Shown here piece after piece: positions 17,739 to 27,053 of a stretch of 32,334 nt of DNA (positions within the stretch are counted from its first letter, which is position 1; each line of letters opens with the position of its first letter). The position numbers and the translations under genes are program-made. This DNA comes from a virus. Taxonomy: Duplodnaviria > Caudoviricetes. The stretch is from the IMG/VR virus record IMGVR_UViG_3300032239_001053, positions 1-32,334 of that record; one strand, 5' to 3'. Below the pieces are notes generated by a model. The model had not been told where the DNA came from. It saw nothing but the letters and a program-made list of their open reading frames with translations, and did not search any database.

Positions 17739-17938
17739 AAACTCATCGGGATGTACCTCCGCTCTAGGTGCCGTTGGCGTGACGTAAACCGCGAAACGGT
17801 CGTTTAATATCTGCCCAGACGACGGGGGCTACCAACAAAGTCACTCAGGATCCACAACGGATCCCTGACGCGCTTGACGTGTAGCCCTGAGTTTCAAACG
17901 AGGGGATTTGGTCAAGCACCAACCCAACCCAACTCGTT
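17739..17938 (+). ncRNA. Candidate highly structured non-coding RNA or 5' leader
   Basis: Several nested helices: AAACTCA/TGAGTTT, GGGCTAC/GTAGCCC, TCAGGATCC/GGATCCCTGA, GTACCT/AGGTGC, ACCG/CGGT, AACGAG/CTCGTT, TTGGT/ACCAA. Confidence 0.5.
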
Positions 17939-17948
17939 AGAAACTCGC

Positions 17949-18932
17949 ATGAAATTGTTCAAAATTGCAGTCGCAGTTTTAGCGTTGGCTCTGGGCGTCG
18001 AAACCTCAAACGCTGCTTGGACTCCAACAGTGAATTTGCAGGGCGGGACGTTTGGAACCGGCTCTAATTTTAGTGGACAGACGGTCAACACCTTTAGTGT
18101 AGGCCCAACTGAAGTAAATTGGACGGAGTTCCAGACAATTCGCACCTACGCCAATGGCGTTGGCGGTTTTGATCTTCAGCTTTCTGGATCCGGCAATTCC
18201 GCCACCGCCCCTGTTGAAACTATCAACTGGTACGACGCGCTCAAATGGCTAAATGCTGCAAGCATTCAGGCTGGACTGAACCCCGTCTACAATGTTGGCA
18301 CGTTGTCTGTAGGGTCGCTGACCAGCTCAGGCACTGTAGCCACAGCAATTGTGCCCACAGGACACAAATTGTCGTCTGGGTCGTGGGTTCGCATCACTGG
18401 CGCAACTCCCACTGGGTACAACCTGACAAAGCCTGTGTTTGTGGTAAACGCCACGACGTTCACATATCCCACTGTGGTATCTGGAACGGCGGCGGCCACT
18501 GGCACGTTGGTTGCGACCGTTTTGTACACGTCTGGAGACGTTGTGCCAAACGTAGACGCCGCCGCAAATGGCTATCGTCTGCCAACGGAAAAAGAATGGG
18601 AATGGGCTGGAAGCGGCGGATCCGTTGCCGGTGGAACGCTTACCTATTCTGGAAGCAATACTGCAAGCACTGTTGCGTGGACGCGTGACATTCTTGCGCT
18701 TGGAGCAGGGGCTCAACCTGTTGGAACAAAGGCAGCTAACGCTGGTGGGCTGTATGATATGAGCGGGAACGTATTCGAGTGGTGCTTTGATGACTCCGCT
18801 CCGCTGTACGGACGCCGCGTTCGTGGAGGCGCATACCTCAACGACGCTGGGTCTTCTCGCTTGATGTTGCGTGGGTATTCCGACCCAGCACGACAAGAAG
18901 CAGGATTCGGATTCCGCGCATTCAAAAACTAA
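17949..18932 (+). CDS. FGE-sulfatase (SUMF1/C-type lectin fold) domain protein with a signal peptide and an inserted beta domain
   Basis: Signal MKLFKIAVAVLALALGVETSNA; PVETINWYDA..W.N, GYRLPTEKEWEWA, N..GLYDMSGNVFEWC, RGG, GFGFR. Confidence 0.85.
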   Translation: MKLFKIAVAVLALALGVETSNAAWTPTVNLQGGTFGTGSNFSGQTVNTFSVGPTEVNWTEFQTIRTYANGVGGFDLQLSGSGNSATAPVETINWYDALKWLNAASIQAGLNPVYNVGTLSVGSLTSSGTVATAIVPTGHKLSSGSWVRITGATPTGYNLTKPVFVVNATTFTYPTVVSGTAAATGTLVATVLYTSGDVVPNVDAAANGYRLPTEKEWEWAGSGGSVAGGTLTYSGSNTASTVAWTRDILALGAGAQPVGTKAANAGGLYDMSGNVFEWCFDDSAPLYGRRVRGGAYLNDAGSSRLMLRGYSDPARQEAGFGFRAFKN

Positions 18933-18973
18933 CAACCAACCCAACCCCAAACTCAGCAACCATTTAGACCATT

Positions 18974-20188
18974 ATGGCTACCAATTCAAACTGCATTCCG
19001 CTCGCTACCATTCAAAATTTTGCGAGCAAAGACGTTAACCGGATCATCGGGCAGATCGCGAAGGTCTTAGCTCGTAAATCCCCGTACATCAACAGCATAG
19101 ACGGGGGAACACTCCCAAACGTGTCTGACGTTGTGCGTTCGGTCGTTGAAGAAATGGCCGTCCCCGCTGCAAGTCTCGCATCGCCTACGTTTGTGGATGA
19201 CGCCAGCCTTTGCGGCGTTGGCGCGACTCCCGATCAGGTGGGTTCGACCGAGTACCAGTTCAGTTTGCAGACGCTTCGTGGGGCTGGCCCTCGCGTTTGT
19301 GTCAAACAAGCGCGTACTGCGTTCAAAGGCTCGTACTTGCAGGCTCAGGTCTCGCTTGAGAAGACCATCTTGCAAATCATCAACGCCGATATCCGGTATC
19401 AGTACCTGATCCAGTCTGGCGTCAAATACGTCGTGAACTCCACGCAGGGATTTGGGTCGAACTTGACTGGTGATATGCAAAATATCAATACCAAGTTCGC
19501 GCAAACCCTTCCTGATGGGCCGCTTAACTTCAAGACATTGTATCGAGCTGGAACATTCCTTCGCGAAGAAATGCTTGCAGAGCCCTTTGCTGCAAAGGAA
19601 GGCGAGTTCTTCCAAGTGATGATGGGGGCGGATGCGATTGAGCAGATCCGCAACGACGCCGACGTCAAAGAAGACCTGCTCTACTTGACCGCTGGCTCGT
19701 TCAAGCTGGGTGAAGACTCGATCTCTGGATATCAATTTCAGGGCTATCGTGGCTTCGCGTTTGGCATCGATCAGCAACCGTTACGCGCAACCGGCTTTGA
19801 CGCAAACGGAAATCTGGTGCTCGTAAACCCGATCATCAGCACCGCCGTCACCAACGGTTTTGCACAGCGTCGGAATCCCGATTGGGTCAACGCTCCATAC
19901 GAGGTGGCTTTCGTAATTGCAGGCGACGCATTCAAGCGTTTGGTGCCCGAAAGCTACGCTGGAGAAGGCACTTTCAGGTTCGCTCCGCAGCTTGCAATGG
20001 GTGAATTAGAATGGATGTACATAAGGGATAATGACTGCAACCTCTACGGAGATTTTGGTCAGCACATCTACCAGATCTCTCGTGCAATTCAGCCAATTCG
20101 CCCACAAAACGTGATGCCTGTCTTGTACAAGCGGTGCCCGTTTGATGGCAATCCTCTGCCCTGCTCCACCAGCGCAACCGGTCTCTAA
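18974..20188 (+). CDS. Major capsid protein
   Basis: 404 aa downstream of portal and scaffold, with an AC-rich leader and followed by a strong hairpin. Called from size and synteny. Confidence 0.75.
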   Translation: MATNSNCIPLATIQNFASKDVNRIIGQIAKVLARKSPYINSIDGGTLPNVSDVVRSVVEEMAVPAASLASPTFVDDASLCGVGATPDQVGSTEYQFSLQTLRGAGPRVCVKQARTAFKGSYLQAQVSLEKTILQIINADIRYQYLIQSGVKYVVNSTQGFGSNLTGDMQNINTKFAQTLPDGPLNFKTLYRAGTFLREEMLAEPFAAKEGEFFQVMMGADAIEQIRNDADVKEDLLYLTAGSFKLGEDSISGYQFQGYRGFAFGIDQQPLRATGFDANGNLVLVNPIISTAVTNGFAQRRNPDWVNAPYEVAFVIAGDAFKRLVPESYAGEGTFRFAPQLAMGELEWMYIRDNDCNLYGDFGQHIYQISRAIQPIRPQNVMPVLYKRCPFDGNPLPCSTSATGL

Positions 20189-20197
20189 TCTGAGAGC

Positions 20198-20250
20198 CTA
20201 GACACTCGCGGCGTCCCTGATAAAAAAGGGGACGCCGCGCAGTCTAGTTT
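20198..20250 (+). terminator. Terminator-like hairpin after the MCP gene
   Basis: GCGGCGTCCC...GGGACGCCGC (20208-20238) extended by CTAGAC/GTCTAG, then TTT. Confidence 0.65.
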
Positions 20251-20264
20251 AACACTTTAGAATT

Positions 20265-20594
20265 ATGGGCACTCCTTACAATTCGGGCAGGTTCTCTGGA
20301 GTTGGGAACTTTATAACAACCATGCTGACGGCCAACGTCGTCGCAACGCTGCTTCCTGCAAACGCCTCTAGAAGGTATTTGAGGATCCAGCTTGATTATC
20401 CAAGCAACGGAGAGGGGCCGATATTTATCACTTTTGACGGATCAGTGCCGTCCCTCACAAACGGAATTGTTCTCTATCCTGCCACCGGAGTCAGCGTCAT
20501 TGAATTTGGAAATTCATTTGTTCCAACAGGCGACGTGAAGGCAATCAACCTGAACGGTGGAGTAACCGGAACAATCAACATCATCTGGGCTTAA
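20265..20594 (+). CDS. Small beta-sandwich virion protein
   Basis: LLPANASRRYLRIQ...IEFGNSFVPTGDV; similar to 23072..23356. Confidence 0.7.
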   Translation: MGTPYNSGRFSGVGNFITTMLTANVVATLLPANASRRYLRIQLDYPSNGEGPIFITFDGSVPSLTNGIVLYPATGVSVIEFGNSFVPTGDVKAINLNGGVTGTINIIWA

Positions 20595-20595
20595 C

Positions 20596-23070
20596 ATGGC
20601 ACTCACAACCGCAACTTCTCGCACCGACTACAGCAAGCGCATCAAAGACGTTGTGGGACGCCTGAAGGTGACCCAGTCGCAGAACGTGTATGATGCAGAT
20701 TTTGAATATGGGAAACAACCGTTACGCTGGGAGGAGTATACAGCCAACGGAGGCGCAATCACGCACTTGGCTGGAGCAGGTGGATGCGCCATGTATTTGC
20801 CATCGTCTTCAAACGCCATAACTATAAGGCAGACAAGACCTTATCATCGATATCAGCCTGGGAAATCGATGTTTTTGGCCACCGCAATTCAGCTTGGCGC
20901 GGCCAACGTAAACCAGTTTCAACGGTTTGGGTTCTTTGATGATAGCAATGGTGCGTTTTTTGAGCAGGGAGTGACAACCGCCACAAATCCATTTGGAATG
21001 TATGTGTGTGTCCGAAGCGATACAAACTACTACCCAAACGAGGTGGCCGCCACTGGCATCAACACCGTCAAAGTGGACTTTGCAAATTGGAGCGACCCTC
21101 AAAATATCAAGAACCAACTCGACTGGACAAAGATTCAAATGTTTTGGCTCGAATACGCGTGGTACGGCGCGGGGGCTATTCGATTTGGAGTTTTTCTTGG
21201 TGGAGAGCAATACATCCTGCACGAGATCACAACTGCCAATGGCTGGGCCGGAGGGGGCGTTCCCGCTGGCTCTGGCGGCGTTCCGGCAGCAAAGACCGGC
21301 GTGACCTCTTGGAGCCGCACAGGAAACCTTCCTGTGCGCTACGAGCAGCGTGACGTTGGAGGAACTGCTGTTGCCAACACGATGTATCACTACGGAGTGT
21401 CCGTCATCGTGGAAGGACGCCGAGATGAGCAGCGAGGGTTCACTTACAGCTACGGGATGAACCCAGCGGTTCCGCGCCGATACATACCGCCAAACTCTAC
21501 GCGTTTTCCTGTGCTCTCAATTCAGGGCCGCGCAATGGGAACGCTCGAAATCACGCACATAGGCGGAGGCGGAGCACAGCAGGGATACTTTTTGTTTGGG
21601 CCAAACACCGCGTCGTTCACGTCAAACGGAAATCTTCCAATAGTTCGGAGTTATCAAAACTCGACGCTGACGTTCAGATCGCAACATGGGATTGATCCTT
21701 CAGTAGTAGTTGCTGGCACGCTTAATACGACCGTTGGGTCAACTCAAGTCACGTTGTACACAGCGTCATACCTGTCAATGGGTGCTGGAGTGTTGATAGT
21801 CAGCGCAAATCTTCCTGCAAACAGCATTGCAACCGGAATGCCAATTTATGGGGTTGGATATGTCATATTGACAATGACTAACGCAGCAACGGCAACCGCC
21901 ACAGGCGTCTCCGCAACTGTGTACACGTCAAAAGTCACGCTGACTGGATTTACTCCATCGTCTCTGAACTCATCCTTTTACTATTCAGTACAAAGCCCAA
22001 GCTCTCTTGTGCTTATTTCTCCGCCGGTTACAAGCGCGACAAAAGTAGGGACGGCAACAAAAGGGGGAGCGAACTGGGGAACAAATCAGTATGTGAACAG
22101 GTATGTTTCTTATCTTGGGGTAGATGGAAATATACAGGTGGGGAGAATTACCGCGAACACCAGCAACAGCATCACCTACGAAGACCCTATTCTTGGCAAT
22201 GGAGCACCGCTAGTTGCAGGAATTGACCAAGTTGGAACCATGATTTGGTATGCTCCTGCAAACAGCTACACCGTAACGGTTAACGCAGTTGGATCATGGC
22301 CAATTGGAGCGGTTGTAATAGCAAGTTGCTTTGCCCCAGACACAAGAATTGTTGCATACGATCAACCAAGTGCCCAGTTGACAGTAAACCAGCAGACAAT
22401 CTCTACCGGATCAAACATTGGAGTCACAATTACAAGCCCTATGTATATTGGCGTTCCGAATAGGGGCCAATTGCTGCCACAGCAGCTTTTGATTTCATCG
22501 GACTCGTTGTGCGTTGTCGAATTAGTTGCAAGCAGCCCTCTTTCTTCGATTAAATTGCTCAATGCTGGGTTTCAGCAACTTGCACAGCTTGGGTCTGAGA
22601 ATTCATTTGCCACCAGAGACGTGTTGGCGACTTCATTTACTGGAGGAGAAGTTGTGTACGCGTTCACGACGCCCGCTGGGGGTAGCGGCATCTTGAACAT
22701 TGATCTCAGTAGTTTTTTCCCGCTCTACAACACAATCAATGCAGGGACTCCAGACATTCTGACTGTGGCGGTGACAACAAAATCAACGCAGACTCCTTCA
22801 CCTGCAATTGTAGCGTGCGTGGGAGGCGGCGGAACTACCACAATCACGTTTGCACAACCTCATGGGTTGAACGTGGGGGATTCGATCACTCTTTCTGGGT
22901 TTGTCCCATCAGCCTACAATAACACGTTCGTGATCACCGCGACGCCCACTCTGGTGGCTGCAACATTCACGCTCAGTGGAACAACAAGCGCGACCACGCT
23001 TGGATCTGCCACGTTTTCAAACGGAGCAAACGTCGGGGCGCATTTGATCTGTCAAGAGGCTATGTCTTAA
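20596..23070 (+). CDS. Large modular virion/fibre protein
   Basis: 824 aa. Lectin-like N-terminus (IRQTRPYHRYQPGKS, WYGAGAIRFG), then T/S/G-rich beta modules including HGLNVGDSITLSG. Confidence 0.75.
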   Translation: MALTTATSRTDYSKRIKDVVGRLKVTQSQNVYDADFEYGKQPLRWEEYTANGGAITHLAGAGGCAMYLPSSSNAITIRQTRPYHRYQPGKSMFLATAIQLGAANVNQFQRFGFFDDSNGAFFEQGVTTATNPFGMYVCVRSDTNYYPNEVAATGINTVKVDFANWSDPQNIKNQLDWTKIQMFWLEYAWYGAGAIRFGVFLGGEQYILHEITTANGWAGGGVPAGSGGVPAAKTGVTSWSRTGNLPVRYEQRDVGGTAVANTMYHYGVSVIVEGRRDEQRGFTYSYGMNPAVPRRYIPPNSTRFPVLSIQGRAMGTLEITHIGGGGAQQGYFLFGPNTASFTSNGNLPIVRSYQNSTLTFRSQHGIDPSVVVAGTLNTTVGSTQVTLYTASYLSMGAGVLIVSANLPANSIATGMPIYGVGYVILTMTNAATATATGVSATVYTSKVTLTGFTPSSLNSSFYYSVQSPSSLVLISPPVTSATKVGTATKGGANWGTNQYVNRYVSYLGVDGNIQVGRITANTSNSITYEDPILGNGAPLVAGIDQVGTMIWYAPANSYTVTVNAVGSWPIGAVVIASCFAPDTRIVAYDQPSAQLTVNQQTISTGSNIGVTITSPMYIGVPNRGQLLPQQLLISSDSLCVVELVASSPLSSIKLLNAGFQQLAQLGSENSFATRDVLATSFTGGEVVYAFTTPAGGSGILNIDLSSFFPLYNTINAGTPDILTVAVTTKSTQTPSPAIVACVGGGGTTTITFAQPHGLNVGDSITLSGFVPSAYNNTFVITATPTLVAATFTLSGTTSATTLGSATFSNGANVGAHLICQEAMS

Positions 23071-23071
23071 T

Positions 23072-23356
23072 ATGATAGCACTACCAGTAAACTGTGGGCC
23101 AGCGAGCCTCTCTTCTCTGACCGTAAACGCGGGCGGCCCTGTCACTTTGACGACTTTAACGTCTGCGGTGAATTACGCGCTGTTTCAAAACACTGGCACA
23201 GCGGATCTCAGGCTTAACATAGGAGCATCCGCTTCAGCCACTCTCGGCTTCCTATTAAGGAGCGGTGGGGTTCTTGAATTCTCATCATTTATTCCGACCG
23301 GCACAGTCTCTCTTTATGGCATCGGAGCCACTCAAATCACTTACTTGACCGCTTAA
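23072..23356 (+). CDS. Small beta-sandwich virion protein (likely paralog of 20265..20594)
   Basis: ALFQNTG...GFLLRSGGVLEFSSFIPTGTV. Confidence 0.7.
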   Translation: MIALPVNCGPASLSSLTVNAGGPVTLTTLTSAVNYALFQNTGTADLRLNIGASASATLGFLLRSGGVLEFSSFIPTGTVSLYGIGATQITYLTA

Positions 23357-23357
23357 T

Positions 23358-25346
23358 ATGCTAATTCAGGGAACCACTCTAACGAGCGCAATCAACAACA
23401 GCGACTCGTCGGCGACGTCTACGTTAACAGCTCAAAACACGAACGCGACGTGGGACGTTTCGGGCTACACAACAGCCGCGCTGTTTATTACGGGCTCATG
23501 GTCTGGCAGTGCTGTGTCTGTTTGGGGGAGCGTAGACGGAACAAACTATGTTGCCCTTAGGTACGTTGACACTCAAACAGGGTCGGTAACATCGTTGAGC
23601 GGGCTGCCTTCCGGAAACTACATCGGTCAAATAAACATCGCTGGGTACTCTCGAATCGCGTTTTTGACGCTTGCTGGTTTCTCTGGTTCAACAAGCATCA
23701 CGCTCAGGTTCGCGCAGGGCACTGTTTCAACCGCGTCCACTGGCGGTGGCACGTCAAATGTCAGCGTCACCAGTTCGGTTCTTCCTACGGGAGCAGCAAC
23801 CGAGACGACGCTTTCCGCGTTGAAGTCGGTATTTTTGAATTCGGCTATCACTTCAGCCACTATCAGTGGGACTTATGCGGGGCAAACGGTAACGGTTCCG
23901 GTAAGCACCATTTCTGCGGCCACGTTTTTGTTTGAAGCGTCAGGGCTTTATGTCAACGGGAACTACCTATTTGTTGACGGAACGCTGGATGGAAGTAGCT
24001 GGTTTCCGTTGCCGCTTGTAAACCTGAAGACTGGCGCGGCAACATCCACGCTACCAAACAACGATGGAACCAACATTGGCATCATTGCTTGTTCTGTTGT
24101 TGGATTGACGCAGGTTCGACTAAGGAATGTCTCAAGCCAATTTGCTTTTGCTGGAAATGGCACTATTTTTTACGGGTTCTCCGAAAAAGTTGTCGCAATA
24201 CCTCCACAAAACGGAATTGTTCTTGCCCCTTTGCCATCAGGCACAAATCAAATTGGAGGGGTAAGCCTGCCTCCACGATCTCAATATTTTTACAATCTCA
24301 GTCAATCTGGGATTATGAGTTCTGGAACCATACTGGTGCCATACATTGACGGCTCGCAATACTCTCAGATTGTTTACAATGCAACAAGTTTAGGCACTGG
24401 GCAAACTGTGCTTGTTCAATACAGTCTCGACGCAGGGGTTACTTGGACGACTCAGACAGCAATTTCTACAACAGGAAATGCGTCAATCGTTTTATCGTCT
24501 AGCTACATTTACAGGATTGTAACTGGAACCGCTGGAACTGCTGGCACTTTTACCTTTTCAGCTTTTGGAACTTTGACGGGGGCGACGCAGTCATACTTGG
24601 ACAACCCTGCTCCTGCCATTATTCCGTTCAGTTCGGCGGCGACATTTGCTCAAAACGCAGTACTTGTTGGGCCATTTTATTGCGGAAATTATAGGTCTGG
24701 CTCGATTTTAATTTCGAGCGCAAGTACTGGCATGGCTTTGCAGGTTCAGTTTTCCTATGACGGAATCAACTATGCAAGCGCAAGTGTTTGGCTTGGAAGT
24801 GGAACATTTAGTCAGGCAACAAACATGGGCGTTGCAAGCACATTGTTTTTGTTTTCTACGTTTGGTGCGCTTTATTGTCGGGTTATAACCTCAGCAGCAA
24901 TCACCGCTGGCACATCGACGTTTACATTGTCTTTGACGACAACTGCTGGGCCAACTCCCGCTTTGAGCGGCGTAAGCATTATTCCAACTTCTGCGGTTGG
25001 GGCAACCCCAACCCCAACAACGTCCAGCTTAGTTGCTGCCGCGACGACAAACCTCGTTTCCGCAAAAGCGTCAGGAACTTCTACCACAATCACTTCCATC
25101 TGGGGTTTTGCAAAAACTGGAGTGACAAACTATTTAAAAATATTCAATACGGGAACAGTAAACCTTGGCGTAACTGCTCCAGTACTAAACATTCCGCTGA
25201 ACGGAAACGTCAGTTACAATTGCGGGCTTGGTGGAATTAGGCTTAATAGTGGGTTTTCGTATGCCATAACATTAAATGCTGCGCCGCTCGACGCAACCGC
25301 AGTTGCGGCCGCTGGAGACTCTGTCATCAACATTGTTTATGTTTAG
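23358..25346 (+). CDS. Fibre/decoration protein with tandem beta-sandwich repeats
   Basis: Repeated S/TxDG motifs: GSVDGTNY, GTLDGSSW, YSLDAGVTW, FSYDGINY; very S/T/G rich. Confidence 0.75.
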   Translation: MLIQGTTLTSAINNSDSSATSTLTAQNTNATWDVSGYTTAALFITGSWSGSAVSVWGSVDGTNYVALRYVDTQTGSVTSLSGLPSGNYIGQINIAGYSRIAFLTLAGFSGSTSITLRFAQGTVSTASTGGGTSNVSVTSSVLPTGAATETTLSALKSVFLNSAITSATISGTYAGQTVTVPVSTISAATFLFEASGLYVNGNYLFVDGTLDGSSWFPLPLVNLKTGAATSTLPNNDGTNIGIIACSVVGLTQVRLRNVSSQFAFAGNGTIFYGFSEKVVAIPPQNGIVLAPLPSGTNQIGGVSLPPRSQYFYNLSQSGIMSSGTILVPYIDGSQYSQIVYNATSLGTGQTVLVQYSLDAGVTWTTQTAISTTGNASIVLSSSYIYRIVTGTAGTAGTFTFSAFGTLTGATQSYLDNPAPAIIPFSSAATFAQNAVLVGPFYCGNYRSGSILISSASTGMALQVQFSYDGINYASASVWLGSGTFSQATNMGVASTLFLFSTFGALYCRVITSAAITAGTSTFTLSLTTTAGPTPALSGVSIIPTSAVGATPTPTTSSLVAAATTNLVSAKASGTSTTITSIWGFAKTGVTNYLKIFNTGTVNLGVTAPVLNIPLNGNVSYNCGLGGIRLNSGFSYAITLNAAPLDATAVAAAGDSVINIVYV

Positions 25347-25347
25347 C

Positions 25348-25587
25348 ATGGAACCACTTCTTCTCAAAATGGCAGAAGGTCAGGGGCCGTACTTTGTGAT
25401 GTTCTGCATCGCTCTATATTGGATGCAAAACATGAACAAAGGTCTCATCGTGAAGCTGAACGAAGAAAGGAACGAGCACCTCAAAGCTCTGGCCGATCAG
25501 ATTAAAGATCTGCGCGAGGCTATTATCGATTGCGAGCGAGACCGCAAAGAATTGTGGGGAAGAATTCTGGAAAGGAGCCAACCATGA
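25348..25587 (+). CDS. Putative holin (single TM plus coiled coil)
   Basis: GPYFVMFCIALYWM hydrophobic segment followed by a coiled coil; ATGA overlap with the endolysin gene. Confidence 0.6.
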   Translation: MEPLLLKMAEGQGPYFVMFCIALYWMQNMNKGLIVKLNEERNEHLKALADQIKDLREAIIDCERDRKELWGRILERSQP

Positions 25588-26132
25588 GCAAATCGTTTCA
25601 AAACGCATTGATGTTTGTTCTTCAGCACGAAGTTGTCTTCGCAAAAGGGCATTACGGGGACTACAAGTACGTCATTCCTGAAAACGTCACCTCAGATAAA
25701 GGGGGGCTCACAAAATGGGGGATCGACCAGAGATCTCATCCGAAGGTTCAGATCGCCTCGCTTACGCTGGAACAGGCCGCAAACATCTACCAAACCGAAT
25801 ACTGGGACAAAGCAAAATGCGACGATATGCCTTCAGCAATTGCGCTGGTTCATTTCGATACCTGTGTGAACACAGGCATCCATCAGGCTGGTCTGTTTTT
25901 GCAACGGGCTGTTGGAGCAACGGCTGACGGAATTGTCGGGCCAAACACTTTGGCGATGATGAATAAAGCCGTCAAAGAGGTCGGAGAAAAGGAGGTCGCC
26001 CTCCGGATTGCCGAACAACGTAAAAAGTTTTATTATGCGCTGGTCGAAGAAGAGCCAGCGGACGCAAAGTTTCTCGACGGTTGGCTTAACCGAACCGCTG
26101 ACGTGAAAGCAAAAATCGAATCCATATGCTAG
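25584..26132 (+). CDS. Endolysin, glycoside hydrolase family 108 with a peptidoglycan-binding C-terminus
   Basis: HE...DKGGLTKWGI, IY..EYW, FDTCVNTG, LQRAVG..ADGIVGPNTL, FLDGWLNR. Confidence 0.9.
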   Translation: MSKSFQNALMFVLQHEVVFAKGHYGDYKYVIPENVTSDKGGLTKWGIDQRSHPKVQIASLTLEQAANIYQTEYWDKAKCDDMPSAIALVHFDTCVNTGIHQAGLFLQRAVGATADGIVGPNTLAMMNKAVKEVGEKEVALRIAEQRKKFYYALVEEEPADAKFLDGWLNRTADVKAKIESIC

Positions 26133-26416
26133 ACTACATCCTCGAACGTCTCCAAGAAGACTCGTCCTACGCTGGCTTGTCCGGCCTGCTTGTTATGGTT
26201 GGAATTCACGCTCCAGACGGCGCGGTGACAACCGTGGCGCACACTCTGGCAGCTCTGGCTGCCTGTGCTGCGTTTTTCATCAAGCAGCAGAAGGCGGCTC
26301 ACGCAAAAGCGGCGTCTGCTCAGGCTCCGGCCATTCCCGCTGTGCAGATCTCTCCCGTAATCCAAGCACCAGCACCCAATGCTGCCTCTTCTGTTGTCCC
26401 TCCTCAGGGCCGTTGA
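26126..26416 (+). CDS. Putative holin (2 TM)
   Basis: YILERLQEDSSYAGL...VG followed by two hydrophobic segments; directly after the endolysin gene. Confidence 0.65.
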   Translation: MLDYILERLQEDSSYAGLSGLLVMVGIHAPDGAVTTVAHTLAALAACAAFFIKQQKAAHAKAASAQAPAIPAVQISPVIQAPAPNAASSVVPPQGR

Positions 26417-26645
26417 GTCCTACATGGGGATCAAAGCGGTTCGAGCGAAATGGGAACTTGAGCGAGACATAGAAGCCTACTGCGATGATGTTCAAAACCA
26501 GATTCTCACTGCTCGTGCTGCTGGCGACGACGCTCGTGCTGACGTCCTGCGTCAGCGTCTCATCAGTTCCTCAGGCATCGCTGTATCCTCCGAGCGGGAT
26601 ATTGCGGCTGACGAAAAACCAGACATACACAGCGCAGGGAAATGA
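26379..26645 (+). CDS. Putative i-spanin (Rz-like)
   Basis: Short hydrophobic N-terminus and helical body, overlapped in the +1 frame by a lipoprotein ORF. Confidence 0.5.
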   Translation: MLPLLLSLLRAVESYMGIKAVRAKWELERDIEAYCDDVQNQILTARAAGDDARADVLRQRLISSSGIAVSSERDIAADEKPDIHSAGK

Positions 26646-26733
26646 GACGTGGTATTCAGCCGCCAGATACTCAGCCTGCGAGCAGGACGCACTCAATGCA
26701 GTGGCGGCCCTGAAACAGCTTCAAAATCGATGA
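26485..26733 (+). CDS. Lipoprotein, putative o-spanin (Rz1-like)
   Basis: MMFKTRFSLLVLLATTLVLTS-C is a type II signal with lipobox LTSC; lies within the lysis cassette. Confidence 0.7.
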   Translation: MMFKTRFSLLVLLATTLVLTSCVSVSSVPQASLYPPSGILRLTKNQTYTAQGNETWYSAARYSACEQDALNAVAALKQLQNR

Positions 26734-27053
26734 GCCCAAAAGAGTACGGATTTGACATCTCGCTGCTCGCTGCGGGCCTGTTTGGTGCTTTGTTGATGAC
26801 CTCAAAGACGTCATCTCAGAACGCTGGAAAAACGGTCGTCGCTCTTGTGGGCGGATCCATGAGCGCAAACTACCTGACGCCGGTTGTCGTGCAGCTCGCA
26901 AAGGTAGATTCAGTGCAAATAGAGCACGCCATCGCGTTCTTGCTGGGGTTTTGCGGATTAAAGGCCGTAGACACTCTCGCGAGGCACGTTATGAGGGTGA
27001 ACTCAACCGAAACACCTGATGAACACCATCACCCTAATAAACGCCACCGCTAA
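26730..27053 (+). CDS. Holin-like membrane protein (3 TM)
   Basis: LLAAGLFGALL, LVGGSMSANYLTP, AIAFLLGFCGL; ATGA overlap with the upstream gene. Confidence 0.7.
   Translation: MSPKEYGFDISLLAAGLFGALLMTSKTSSQNAGKTVVALVGGSMSANYLTPVVVQLAKVDSVQIEHAIAFLLGFCGLKAVDTLARHVMRVNSTETPDEHHHPNKRHR

Noticed and set aside
17739-17938. tRNA, tmRNA or group I intron
   Set aside because: No cloverleaf or T-loop, tag reading frame or intron core motifs were recognised, and it does not interrupt a gene.
18810-18932. Diversity-generating retroelement variable region in the FGE gene
   Set aside because: I saw no template repeat and no reverse transcriptase in the window. One elsewhere in the genome cannot be excluded.
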